Source: a bacterium | GTDB lineage: Bacteria > UBA10199 > 2-02-FULL-44-16 > JAAZCA01 | Assembly: GCA_041648665.1 (NCBI GenBank) | Contig: JBAZOP010000003.1 | Location: forward strand, 5,082-69,081 | DNA length: 64,000 nucleotides | Direction: 5' to 3' | Shown: piece by piece, positions 37,086 to 46,393 of the stretch | Layout of the letters: each line of letters begins with the position of its first letter | Numbering within the stretch: the first letter of the stretch is position 1 | The notes under the pieces: model-generated | Told to the model about the DNA's origin: nothing | The model's database searches: none | The model's input: the letters and a program-made list of their open reading frames with translations, nothing else | Program-made: the position numbers and the translations under genes

Positions 37086-37595
37086 GTGGTCGAGCGAGCA
37101 ATCTCCGACGAAGAAGCGTGGGAGGTGCTGGAGCCTCACTGGCGGCTCGTCACCGAACGGTTCGAGAGGAAGGGCTTCGACGTGGACGGCTTCGGTCGGT
37201 TGGTGATCGATAGCTCGGCGCACGACTCGTGCAGGCACTTCGCCAAGACGTACACGGACGCGAGCGAGGTCATGCTCGCCCCCGAGATGGTGCACCTGCC
37301 CGTGCCGTCGATCCAGGCCATCATGGCTCACGAGCTGGGCCACGTTGTGGATGTGTCCAGGCCTGGGTACTGCTGGTACCGCAAAGGGGCGCTGGTCATC
37401 CTGCCCGAGCTTCCATCGAAAGGACTCCGCAAGCTCCTGCGTCAGTGGCAAGAGCGATCGGACGATGAGGTGGAGCGTGTGGCCGATGCGATTGCAGAGG
37501 TCGCAATGGGGCAAAAGATCGGCTATGTTGGCTCAAGCTCCTGCCTCGTCGAATGTCTCGGCAAGGGCAAGGCGCGACCAAAGGGGCTTCGATGA
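37086..37595 (+). CDS. HExxH zinc metallopeptidase-like protein
   Basis: IMAHELGHVVD. Confidence 0.45.
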   Translation: MVERAISDEEAWEVLEPHWRLVTERFERKGFDVDGFGRLVIDSSAHDSCRHFAKTYTDASEVMLAPEMVHLPVPSIQAIMAHELGHVVDVSRPGYCWYRKGALVILPELPSKGLRKLLRQWQERSDDEVERVADAIAEVAMGQKIGYVGSSSCLVECLGKGKARPKGLR

Positions 37596-37963
37596 ACAAT
37601 AGCAGCGTCGATACGAAAGAGGCGGAGAGCGCGCCCGTTTTTCCGGCGAGCGTTATCGGTGCGATGGCCGATGCGGTGAAGGATGATGAGTCCGAGCCGA
37701 TGTCGGACGAGGAGTTCTGGGCGAAGCTGACGGAGATGGCCACCCGGCTCGTCAAGCTCTGTGAAATCGAGCGCGACGTGATCAACGCGCACGAGCAGCG
37801 TGTCCTGGCTGCGCGAAGGTTTGCCGCAGCGATGAAGCGCGGGGACAAGCAGGACGCGACCGCGCAGCTGATTCGGTGGAGTCAGCTTGCCCCTCGCGTC
37901 GAGCATCACACCAGCCGTCTGACCACCGCGGCAGCGGAAGCACTTGCCGAGATCGAGGGTTGA
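37592..37963 (+). CDS. hypothetical protein
   Basis: Start is MNNSSV, overlapping the previous stop. Confidence 0.35.
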   Translation: MNNSSVDTKEAESAPVFPASVIGAMADAVKDDESEPMSDEEFWAKLTEMATRLVKLCEIERDVINAHEQRVLAARRFAAAMKRGDKQDATAQLIRWSQLAPRVEHHTSRLTTAAAEALAEIEG

Positions 37964-37965
37964 GG

Positions 37966-38418
37966 ATGGACGCCGATCGCATCACGGGGAATCTGTGGGT
38001 GGGCAGCGCGCCTCCGCCGAGTACGGGGCTTCGCCAGAAGTTCGACGTGCTCGTGCTGTGCGCGGAGGAGTACCAGCCGAAGTCGTACAACTTCCCGGGC
38101 GTGACCGTTGTGCATGCGGGGTTCGACGACACGCAGGAGCTGAGCCGCAAGGACAAGCAGGTTGTGCAGTCCGCGGCGTACCTCGTTCGGCAAGCGCTCG
38201 ACCGGAACATGCGTGTACTTGTCACCTGTCACGCCGGGCTCAACCGTTCAGCGCTTGTCGCGGGGCTCGCGCTGCGGCTCCCCGGGCGCGGGCGGTCCAC
38301 GCCTTCCTGTATGAATGGGGACGAGGTCGTGCACTTGCTGAAGTCGCGACGCGACCCCAACGCGCTGATGAACCCCCTCTTCCAGAAGATCGTTCGGCGG
38401 GCTCAGGTGTGTCGATAG
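37966..38418 (+). CDS. dual-specificity / Cys-based protein phosphatase
   Basis: VLVTCHAGLNRSA is a CX5R P-loop signature, in a protein of DUSP size (150 aa). Confidence 0.6.
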   Translation: MDADRITGNLWVGSAPPPSTGLRQKFDVLVLCAEEYQPKSYNFPGVTVVHAGFDDTQELSRKDKQVVQSAAYLVRQALDRNMRVLVTCHAGLNRSALVAGLALRLPGRGRSTPSCMNGDEVVHLLKSRRDPNALMNPLFQKIVRRAQVCR

Positions 38419-38567
38419 ATTGTTCGATACCCGGCCTTGACGCCGCGCGATCGATGCGTACTATGCGGGTAGCAGCTTGCTCCTGCTTGAGTGGCCCGAT
38501 CGCCCGCAACGGCGATCGGGCTTCTCGCTATTTGGGGTTCTGAGCGCCATCGCGTAGAATCAGGGGC

Positions 38568-39107
38568 ATGCCGCTCCTCCTGACGAACGACGGGACCGCC
38601 TCCCTGGGCACTTTCAAGGGCACCCCGCAAACCGTTGCGCTGATGCGGGACTACGCGCTCGGCCCTGATGGCGAGCAGAACTTCTTCGTGCGGCAGTGCA
38701 CAGAAGCGATCATCCGGGACGTTTCGCCCAAGGACTACCTCTCCGAGATCCTGGCGCTGTACGGCTGGGCGAAGTCGCCCTTCCTGCGGTACACGAACGA
38801 CGCGCTGCATGTCGAGCAGGTGAAGTCTCCCTTCCGGGTCCTCACCGAGGTCCAGAAGACCGGCAAGGCCCTGGTGGACTGCGACTGCGTGACCGTGCTG
38901 CTCGCGACCATGGGGCTCGTGCTGGGCAGGGAAGTCGAGTTCGTCGTGGCGGGGTTCATGACCCCCGGCGTTTACACCCACGTGTTCCCTAGAATCCGTG
39001 AGCCGCGAAGCAAGGAATGGATCATCCTGGACACAGTTGCGGGCACCCGGGACGCTGAGATGGCCAGAAAGATCGTCACTTTCAAGACGTACCCCGTGGA
39101 TTCCTGA
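38568..39107 (+). CDS. putative transglutaminase-like / Cys peptidase-fold protein
   Basis: VDCDCVTVLLATMG is a candidate catalytic Cys segment. Confidence 0.25.
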   Translation: MPLLLTNDGTASLGTFKGTPQTVALMRDYALGPDGEQNFFVRQCTEAIIRDVSPKDYLSEILALYGWAKSPFLRYTNDALHVEQVKSPFRVLTEVQKTGKALVDCDCVTVLLATMGLVLGREVEFVVAGFMTPGVYTHVFPRIREPRSKEWIILDTVAGTRDAEMARKIVTFKTYPVDS

Positions 39108-39155
39108 GCGTGTCGAAACTTTGAGGATCTGGGGTTGCAGTATAGAATCTGCGCC

Positions 39156-39500
39156 ATGACCACAGTGTTTATCCCGGCGAAGAAGGCTCCGAGGACGCGG
39201 CTTTCCGGTTTCGGCGGCGTTTCGAGCCAGTCAATCTTCATGGCGACAAATAGGCCGAAGCCGATTCCTCGCGGGATGGGCGCGGCTGACGGCGCGGCGC
39301 TGGTGTCCGCAGCTCTGCGTCGTCCGCTTCAGGGTCTCGGCGCGCAGATGATCGCGGCCAAGTTCAACCCGATCCAGGCGCAGTTCACGCCCGTGAGCAC
39401 GTCTACAGACGGCGGCTCCACGACGGCGTGGCTGATCGGCGGGGTGGTCATCATCGCAGCGGTTGGTGGGCTCGTCTACCTGAGCACGAGGAAGAGGTAG
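39156..39500 (+). CDS. small tail-anchored membrane protein (TM followed by STRKR)
   Basis: C-terminal TM (WLIGGVVIIAAVGGLVYL) followed by a basic end. Confidence 0.4.
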   Translation: MTTVFIPAKKAPRTRLSGFGGVSSQSIFMATNRPKPIPRGMGAADGAALVSAALRRPLQGLGAQMIAAKFNPIQAQFTPVSTSTDGGSTTAWLIGGVVIIAAVGGLVYLSTRKR

Positions 39501-39504
39501 CGTC

Positions 39505-40377
39505 ATGAAGGTAGCCCGCTTCGGCCCTACTCCGATTTGCGGCGAGCCGCCCGCTGTGCCGAGTCCGTACGACGTGCAGCCCGGCGGCATGAACATGCAG
39601 GCGATGAGGCAAAGTACCATGCAATACGGAAGGCAGCTTCGTGGGCTCGGGGGCGGAGGCCACCATGGGGGCGGCGGTCATCACGGTGGGGGTGGCCACG
39701 GTGGCGGCGGAGGTCACCACTGGGGTGGCGGCGGGATGTACTGGGGTGGCTACCCGTACTACGACGGTCCGCGCACGGGCTTCTTCGAGACCGTGGTTGC
39801 CGACTGCGGTCCGAACTGCATCTGGGACGGCTACTCATGCCTGTGCCCGGACATGCCTCCGAAGCCGATCAAGCCCGAGGCCCCTGCCGCGGTGAAGGGT
39901 CTGCTCGGCCTGGGCGCGGTGCCACGATCGAAGTACCACCACGACTCGTGGTCGGGCGACGATCCCGCGGTGCTCGAAGCCGATGAGCAGGACGACGCGG
40001 TCGGCAACGGCATCTTCGACGGCGCGGGCGCGGCCCCTGTGCAGCACGCTGGCAACGGCGTGTTCGAGGCGAGCTACGCGGAGCCGGGCTACCTCTACAG
40101 GGAGCGCTTCGGGCAGCCCAGCGAGATCCTGGACGCGACAACGGGCAACCCCATCGTCTACCACCCCAACGCGGGACAGTCCTCGCACGAAGACATCCTG
40201 CGCACGTATCGCAGGTGGGACCTGGAGACGCCGCGGCACTACGGTCCCGCGCGCACGCCGCTCCAGGGGCTCGGGCAAGGGGCTTCCGAGACGACAGCTC
40301 TTCTGCCGTACGCCGTGGGAGGGATCCTTCTCGGCGTCGCGGCAGGCATCCTCTACACGGTCGTGAAAGGCAAGTGA
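39505..40377 (+). CDS. Gly/His-repeat protein with C-terminal TM
   Basis: Low-complexity GGGGHHGGGGHHGGGGHGGGGGHHWGGGG. C-terminal TM (LLPYAVGGILLGVAAGILYTVV). Confidence 0.45.
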   Translation: MKVARFGPTPICGEPPAVPSPYDVQPGGMNMQAMRQSTMQYGRQLRGLGGGGHHGGGGHHGGGGHGGGGGHHWGGGGMYWGGYPYYDGPRTGFFETVVADCGPNCIWDGYSCLCPDMPPKPIKPEAPAAVKGLLGLGAVPRSKYHHDSWSGDDPAVLEADEQDDAVGNGIFDGAGAAPVQHAGNGVFEASYAEPGYLYRERFGQPSEILDATTGNPIVYHPNAGQSSHEDILRTYRRWDLETPRHYGPARTPLQGLGQGASETTALLPYAVGGILLGVAAGILYTVVKGK

Positions 40378-40378
40378 C

Positions 40379-40753
40379 ATGGACGGCCTTGGCTCATACT
40401 TCAAGTCCTCGCCTCTCGACGGCGTTGCGATGGGTGCCTACTACGCTTCGCCGGTCCCGGCGATCGTCGCGCCCACCCCGATCCTCACCAAGTCGATCCA
40501 GCCCATCTCGTCTCTCGCAGGGACGAGCGGTCTGAGTTCGTTCGGGACAGGATCAATCCTGACCGTGGTGATTGCTGCGGCAGCCGGGTACTTCGTCGGC
40601 AAGCAGCTGGGCTACCCGGTCGCAGGCGCAGTCGCAACGGGGCTGCTCGGCTTGCCCGGCATGCTCGGCGTTGCGGTGTACTCCTCCTACAAGAGGAAGG
40701 GGCTCGCGGTTGCCAACCGCCGTCGCAGCCGTCGTCGTAGGAGCCGCCGATGA
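40379..40753 (+). CDS. Arg-tail membrane protein family member
   Basis: TM helix followed by YKRKGLAVANRRRSRRRRSRR. Confidence 0.5.
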   Translation: MDGLGSYFKSSPLDGVAMGAYYASPVPAIVAPTPILTKSIQPISSLAGTSGLSSFGTGSILTVVIAAAAGYFVGKQLGYPVAGAVATGLLGLPGMLGVAVYSSYKRKGLAVANRRRSRRRRSRR

Positions 40754-41367
40754 GCAAGAATCTCGCATGCTCGAACTGGTGCCAGTTGAACAGCAAGGGC
40801 AGCAGCGACGCGTACCTGCTGTGCCTCAACAAGTGCCCGCAGGAAGGCGTGAAGTGGTCGCCGCCGTCCTCGCTCACGTTCACGGGCAAGACGACTTCCG
40901 GGGTCAGCGTGCCCAGCCCGGTGGCCACGGCCTCCAAGACGATCTCGTCTTCGTCGATCACCCGGCTGCTTCCGACGAAGCCCGCGCCCAGCTTGGTCAT
41001 CGCGGGCAAGGCCTCTTCGGCGACCGCTGAGCAGAGCGCGCCGCTTCCCGACAGCATCTCCCCGTCGCTGGACCCGGGCCCAGGTCCGGGGATGGAGGCT
41101 GAGCTTCCGCCGTCCTGGCTTTCGCAAAACAAGCTGCTGGTCGCGGGGATCGCAGCCGCTGCCATCTTCGCGGGCGTGATGGTCGTGAGAAGCCGGAAGC
41201 GCGCTGTGGCGAATGGGGTAGCGTGGATCGACCGCCTGATTGCCCAGCTGGATGAGCCCAGCAAGCCGATAACGAAAGCCGAGATGAGGGCTCTCAAAGC
41301 CAAGCTCAGGAAGCGATTCAAGCCCGAGACGGGAAAGAGGAAGCGTCAGAAGAGGAGCGGTAGATGA
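40750..41367 (+). CDS. Cys-rich membrane protein with basic C-terminus
   Basis: TM (LLVAGIAAAAIFAGVMVV) followed by SRKRAVANG and a KRKRQKRSGR end. Confidence 0.45.
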   Translation: MSKNLACSNWCQLNSKGSSDAYLLCLNKCPQEGVKWSPPSSLTFTGKTTSGVSVPSPVATASKTISSSSITRLLPTKPAPSLVIAGKASSATAEQSAPLPDSISPSLDPGPGPGMEAELPPSWLSQNKLLVAGIAAAAIFAGVMVVRSRKRAVANGVAWIDRLIAQLDEPSKPITKAEMRALKAKLRKRFKPETGKRKRQKRSGR

Positions 41368-41720
41368 ACGCACTTGGAGCAGCCTTTGGCATATACGACC
41401 CTGCAAAAGTCGTTCGCGCGGCGAAGAACTTCATGGCCGTCACGGGCGGCGACGTGTCCACGCATGTCGTTGCAGCGCGGGCAGGGCTTCGCGGTCTCGG
41501 TGCGGATCCTGCCCCGGCCCCGGCTCCTGCAACGAGCACGGCAGGGGCGGGCACGGTGCTCGCCGTTGTGGGCGGGATCGTGCTGGTGGTGGTCGCGCTA
41601 CGCGGGGCAGCGGGCTGGTACATCGGCAAGCAGTTCAAGCGCCCGTATCTGGGGATCGCCGCGGGTGCGATCGGCGGCGCTCCTGGTCTCGGAATCCTTT
41701 CTCTCTTCCCCGGTAGGTGA
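41364..41720 (+). CDS. small membrane protein
   Basis: 118 aa with two hydrophobic segments. Confidence 0.4.
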   Translation: MNALGAAFGIYDPAKVVRAAKNFMAVTGGDVSTHVVAARAGLRGLGADPAPAPAPATSTAGAGTVLAVVGGIVLVVVALRGAAGWYIGKQFKRPYLGIAAGAIGGAPGLGILSLFPGR

Positions 41721-41723
41721 TTC

Positions 41724-42452
41724 ATGCCGCGCTACCTCCCCATCCGTTCGCCCTTCTACGCGCAGTTCGAGCGCTGGCCGTACACGCGCGGGCCGAACTA
41801 CACGCGGGCGATGTTCCGCGAGCAGGGGCCGGGCGGGTACTTCACGGCGCAGCCGATGAACCGGATGCCACCGCTTCTGGGGCTCGGGTACGTGGGGACG
41901 GGGGAGACTCCTGAGAACTGCACGAAGATTTGCACCGATGGGTGTGGGTCGCTCGACAAGGACTGCTTCAACGGCTGCTACAGCCAGTGTATGGGCATTT
42001 CGGTCCCTGTGACCCCCGACAACAAGAGGGAAGGCGAGACCATCGACTGCAACGCCGCGTGTGCTGGGAAGACCGGAGAGGCGCTCTCCAGGTGCGTGTT
42101 CGATTGCGGCACCGGACGCGCTGTACCGAAGTCTGCGCAGGCCGGTTTCTTCGCGGACTTCTGGTCGAGCCCGGTCAAGATGGTCGGCACGCTCGCCGTT
42201 GTGGGCGGGCTGCTGTGGTGGGTGACGAGCAGGAAGCGAGCGACGGCGAACCCTACGAAGCTCCGCGCTGGGGACACGGTTTATTTTCTGAGCGGGGAAA
42301 GAGAAGGGAAGCTCGCTCGCGTATCGAAGCGGTGGAAGGACAAAAACGGGCACGTTTGGGTGATCTTGAGGGAGCGCGAACCGGGCGCTTGGCAATGGCG
42401 CGCGCGCGAAAGGGATGTTCTCCGGTACGCGGTGAGCGTAGCAACTTTCTGA
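41724..42452 (+). CDS. Cys-rich membrane protein, family-related (SRKRATANP after TM)
   Basis: Multiple CxxxC pairs, a TM (LAVVGGLLWWV), then SRKRATANP and an extra C-terminal domain. Confidence 0.45.
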   Translation: MPRYLPIRSPFYAQFERWPYTRGPNYTRAMFREQGPGGYFTAQPMNRMPPLLGLGYVGTGETPENCTKICTDGCGSLDKDCFNGCYSQCMGISVPVTPDNKREGETIDCNAACAGKTGEALSRCVFDCGTGRAVPKSAQAGFFADFWSSPVKMVGTLAVVGGLLWWVTSRKRATANPTKLRAGDTVYFLSGEREGKLARVSKRWKDKNGHVWVILREREPGAWQWRARERDVLRYAVSVATF

Positions 42453-42462
42453 GGAAATCACG

Positions 42463-43116
42463 ATGAACAAGCACGGCGGCATCTTCAACGCTCTGTCTTC
42501 TCTCGGCTGCGCAGTCGGCTTGGGCGCAGACGCTCCGATCAAGAAGTCGTGTACGTTCGCGACGGGTCTGTACTCCGAGGGCGCGAAGGCGATCCAGCAG
42601 GTGCTCATCAGTCGCGGGGCCACCAAGCTCAAGGCTGACGGGCTGTGGGGACCGTGTTCCGAGAGCGCGTTCGAGAAGGTGACAGGCGGCAAGCTGACCC
42701 AGGCATCGATCCTGGCGCAGTTCAACATCAGCTGTAGCCCGTACATCAAGAACGTGATCGGCACGTCGTGCAGCAACGGCACCGACGCCTATACGCCGCC
42801 TGCCGTGAGCCCGGACGACATCTCGCCCAACATCCCGCCTACCGAGAAGGCTCCTCCTGTCGGCACCGTCGTGTGCCCCCCTGGCACCGATCCGATCATG
42901 CAAGGCACCCAGGTCATGTGCCAAGCGCCGGTCGTGGCGAACCAGCCTCCTCCCCCCGTTGTGGCCCCCGTGCGCGCGAACCTGATTCCCGGCGTGCCCA
43001 ACATGTACCTGGGCATCGGAGTCGGCGTGCTGGTGCTCGGCGGGCTTGCGTACTTCATGCTCAAGCCGAAGACGGCGGCGGCGAATAGGCGGCGGCACCG
43101 AAGGCATCACAGGTAG
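42463..43116 (+). CDS. Arg-tail family: PG-binding-like Cys-rich protein, TM, then AAANRRRHRRHHR
   Basis: N-terminal MNKHGGIFNALSSLG, DGLWGPCSESAFEKV (PG_binding_1-like), TM helix and poly-Arg/His tail. Confidence 0.55.
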   Translation: MNKHGGIFNALSSLGCAVGLGADAPIKKSCTFATGLYSEGAKAIQQVLISRGATKLKADGLWGPCSESAFEKVTGGKLTQASILAQFNISCSPYIKNVIGTSCSNGTDAYTPPAVSPDDISPNIPPTEKAPPVGTVVCPPGTDPIMQGTQVMCQAPVVANQPPPPVVAPVRANLIPGVPNMYLGIGVGVLVLGGLAYFMLKPKTAAANRRRHRRHHR

Positions 43117-43173
43117 CCGATGGATGGCGTCTTCAACACCAACTCGAATCGGTCGTAGACAAAGGACACGGAC

Positions 43174-43938
43174 ATGTCGATTTTTGGAAGCCGAAAGAAG
43201 CAGCTGCGCGGATGCGGATGCCAGGGCGTCGGCCTGGGCGCAGTCGAAGTGCCGTGGTGGTGCTGGAGTACCGAGGGCTTCAAGGCATGTTCCGACGAGT
43301 CCCTCTCTTGGGCGCAGAACGCGTGCAAGGCCGACTGGGAGAACGGTGAGAAGGTCACCAACTCGGTCAACAACGAGCCGTACGCGAACTACGCCGACTG
43401 TGTGGCGCGCACTCAGCAGTACAGGTTCGAGAATGGCTGCATGCCCAAGTGCCCCTCGCAGCAGCCTGGGACGGCGACCACGGCAACGACAACCGGCGGC
43501 TCCGTCGTGTGCCCTCCTGGCCAGTGGCCCGACGCGTCATTCAACAGCTGCGTGAAAAGCTCTGGGGCGTGCTCCGACGCGAACGTGATCAAGAGCGTGC
43601 AGGCGCAGATCGGCACCACGGTGGACGGCAAGTGGGGTCCGAACAGCGCAGCAGCTCTCAAGGCATCCGGCAAGACGTACCAGCAGCTTGCCCCCGGGTG
43701 CTCAGGAGCGGTGCCCGGCGGCGGCACGGGTGGAGGGAGCGGCACGTACAAGCCCCCTGCGACAACCAAGACGCCGATCGGTACGCAACCGGGAGTCGCG
43801 CAGGCCAGCGGTTTTCTCGGCATCCCGCTCATCGCGTGGGCCGGGGTCGCAGCAGTCGCGGGCGTACTGCTGTACGCGAAGTCGAGGAAGAAGCAGGCGG
43901 TCGCAAACAGGCGTCGTCGGCGTCACCATCGCAGGTAG
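43174..43938 (+). CDS. Arg-tail family member (AVANRRRRRHHRR)
   Basis: VDGKWGPNSAAALK PG-binding-like segment, TM and tail. Confidence 0.55.
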   Translation: MSIFGSRKKQLRGCGCQGVGLGAVEVPWWCWSTEGFKACSDESLSWAQNACKADWENGEKVTNSVNNEPYANYADCVARTQQYRFENGCMPKCPSQQPGTATTATTTGGSVVCPPGQWPDASFNSCVKSSGACSDANVIKSVQAQIGTTVDGKWGPNSAAALKASGKTYQQLAPGCSGAVPGGGTGGGSGTYKPPATTKTPIGTQPGVAQASGFLGIPLIAWAGVAAVAGVLLYAKSRKKQAVANRRRRRHHRR

Positions 43939-43947
43939 GAGACCACA

Positions 43948-44694
43948 ATGAGTCGCATGGGAATCTTCACGGCGCTCAACGGCGCAGGCTTCGGCGGCTT
44001 CCTGGGGCTCGGCCTGACGCCAGCAGAGCAGTACGCGGCAACGTGCAAGCAGAACTGCGAGAACATCCCCGGCACGCAGACCGTTGCGGAGTGCCAAGCC
44101 GACTGCGACAAGTTCACCGCCGCTGCGGTGACATGCGCTCCAGCGTGCGCACAGTTTCGCCAGGACTCGAACGAGTGGGTCTACTGCATCCAGAAGTGCC
44201 ACGGGCTGACCCCTTCGCAGGCGTACGACGAAGCGCAGAAGTCGCTGTGTTCCAAGCAGGGCATGACGTACTCGTGGCTTGAGAACAAGTGCGTCGATAC
44301 GAACGCGTATAAGAGCTGTCCCGCTGGGACCGTCTACGCGATCTACCCTGACGGCAATCGGTGCATCGGCATCAACACCGATCTGACGAAGACGACGTGC
44401 CCTGCTGGCACCTCTCTGAAGATCGTGCCGTCCACGACTGGGGGGCCATCGGGGCAGGCATGTGTGTCCCCTGTGACGCCGACCCCTGCGAAGAAGACGC
44501 CTGTTCCGGTGAAGCCCAATCCTGTCATCGTAGGAGACGGTGGCGGCGGGGGCGGGACCTTGCTTGCTGGCATGGGCACCGGCTGGATGCTCGTGGGCGT
44601 CGGCGCGCTTGCGCTCATCGGAATCGTCGTGCTCGCGAAGAAAAAGAAGAAGCCGCTGGGCGCTGCGCCCAACAGGCGGCGAAGAAGGAGATAG
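43948..44694 (+). CDS. Arg-tail family member (AAPNRRRRRR)
   Basis: MSRMGIFTALNGAG N-terminus, Cys-rich domain, Gly run, TM, KKKKK and tail. Confidence 0.55.
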   Translation: MSRMGIFTALNGAGFGGFLGLGLTPAEQYAATCKQNCENIPGTQTVAECQADCDKFTAAAVTCAPACAQFRQDSNEWVYCIQKCHGLTPSQAYDEAQKSLCSKQGMTYSWLENKCVDTNAYKSCPAGTVYAIYPDGNRCIGINTDLTKTTCPAGTSLKIVPSTTGGPSGQACVSPVTPTPAKKTPVPVKPNPVIVGDGGGGGGTLLAGMGTGWMLVGVGALALIGIVVLAKKKKKPLGAAPNRRRRRR

Positions 44695-44696
44695 TC

Positions 44697-45350
44697 ATGC
44701 GTGAGGGCGGCATTTTTGATCTTCCGTCAGCGCTCGGCATCGAAGTCGCGATGAGCGACGCCGTCACCGAGATGGACAGCTGCAACCTCTCCGGGACGTT
44801 CTCTGAATCGGCCCAGTGGCTCCAGAACCTCCTGAAGGAGAAGGGCGCACTGTCCCTCGTCGTGGACGGCAAGTGGGGGCCGTGCTCCGAGAGCGCGTTC
44901 TACGGACTGTTCGGCGTTCGCACGAGCCAAGCCTCCGTTGCGGAGAAGACCGGCCTGTCGTGTGCGAAGTTCGTGAACTACTACGGTACCGTTGGCGGAA
45001 ACTGCAACGGCAGCGACATCATCTACGAGCAGCAGGGTACGCCGCCTCCCGCTCCGACCGGGACGAAGAAGGTCGCCGTCATCAAGAAGGCTGAGCCCAA
45101 GCCGGTCAGCCTTTCCGTGGTGAAGTCCCCGTTCAAAATGGCGACGGCAACGCCCCCCACACAGGTCGTGCAAGCCGACACAGCTGGCACTTCCAAGACG
45201 TGGATCTACGTGATCGGAGGGCTCGCGCTGCTCGGCATCGTCGGCTTTTTCTTCCTCAAGAAGAAGTCCCCTGCTCCGGTCGCGCCGCCCCCCGCCATCC
45301 CCAACAGGCGTCATCGCCGCCGGTCTCACCGCATTCGGCTTCTCAAGTAA
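44697..45350 (+). CDS. Arg-tail family member (AIPNRRHRRRSHR)
   Basis: MREGGIFDLPSALG N-terminus, VVDGKWGPCSESAF, TM and tail. Confidence 0.55.
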   Translation: MREGGIFDLPSALGIEVAMSDAVTEMDSCNLSGTFSESAQWLQNLLKEKGALSLVVDGKWGPCSESAFYGLFGVRTSQASVAEKTGLSCAKFVNYYGTVGGNCNGSDIIYEQQGTPPPAPTGTKKVAVIKKAEPKPVSLSVVKSPFKMATATPPTQVVQADTAGTSKTWIYVIGGLALLGIVGFFFLKKKSPAPVAPPPAIPNRRHRRRSHRIRLLK

Positions 45351-45514
45351 CCCGCGCCAGACGACCGTCTCTTGTTGGAACGGGCCACTGTCCTGCGTCT
45401 TCGGGGCGATTGAGTCCGGGCTTCGACATGGGCCGCGGAATCTAGCCGTTGCGGGCTCAGTGTCAAGGCCTCGTGCGCTGGACGAAACCCGTCATCCCGT
45501 GGATAATCAGGCCC

Positions 45515-46384
45515 ATGGCTAATCGTGGTGGCATCTTCAAGGGTACGGCTCTCGGGCTTCTTGGCGCTGGCAGCATCGAATGCACGGGCACGACGCTGTT
45601 CAACGCGGTCAAGGCTGCACTTGTGGCCAAGGGCTACACCGGGCTCGCTCTCAAGAACAGCTGGGACGGCTGCTTCCAGGCGGCGATCGTCAAGGAGCTT
45701 GGTCATCCGATGCTCACGGTCGGCGACGTGCGTACGCTCACCGGCAGCGGCTGCACGAAGGGCTACTTCGATGCGGGCCTGAACGACATGAACCCGCTCG
45801 TCGCGGGCGCTGGGCCGACCGACGTGGCCTCGTGCTCGGACGGAAGCGACGTGAAGGGCAAGCTGCCGACGACGATCGATCCGTCTGGACCGCTGAGCAC
45901 GGACTGCTTGGGTGGCTGCGCGAAGCTGCCGTTTCTGTCTGCGGACTGGCAGGGGTGCGTCACCAAGTGCGGCGGCAGCATCCTTCAGCCCCCGGCTCCT
46001 ACGCCCGGCACTCCCGCGTGCGCTCCCGGGATGTTCTACGACACGAACGCGGCCAGCTGCATGCTCATGATCGATCCGCTCAACTGCGGATCGAAGTGCA
46101 ACCAGTTCCCGGCGTTCAGCTCCGAGTGGGTACAGTGCATGGTCAACTGCGGCGCGAAGGCAGTCGGTCCGCAGGGCACCCCCGTTGTGGTGCCCGGCAC
46201 GAACCCTCCCGTGAAGACCGGCATGTCGATGGCAGACGTGTTCGGCAAGAACTGGCTGGTCATCGCCGCAGCGCTTGCGATCGGTGTCGGCGCAGTCGTC
46301 TACTTCAACAACAAGAAGCGGAAGGAACGACTGGGGGCAGTCGCAGCGCCGAACCGAAGGCGTCGCCGTCGTCATCACCGCTAG
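45515..46384 (+). CDS. Arg-tail family member (AAPNRRRRRRHHR)
   Basis: MANRGGIFKGTALG N-terminus, Cys-rich domain, TM and tail. Confidence 0.55.
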   Translation: MANRGGIFKGTALGLLGAGSIECTGTTLFNAVKAALVAKGYTGLALKNSWDGCFQAAIVKELGHPMLTVGDVRTLTGSGCTKGYFDAGLNDMNPLVAGAGPTDVASCSDGSDVKGKLPTTIDPSGPLSTDCLGGCAKLPFLSADWQGCVTKCGGSILQPPAPTPGTPACAPGMFYDTNAASCMLMIDPLNCGSKCNQFPAFSSEWVQCMVNCGAKAVGPQGTPVVVPGTNPPVKTGMSMADVFGKNWLVIAAALAIGVGAVVYFNNKKRKERLGAVAAPNRRRRRRHHR

Positions 46385-46393
46385 GAGATCACC

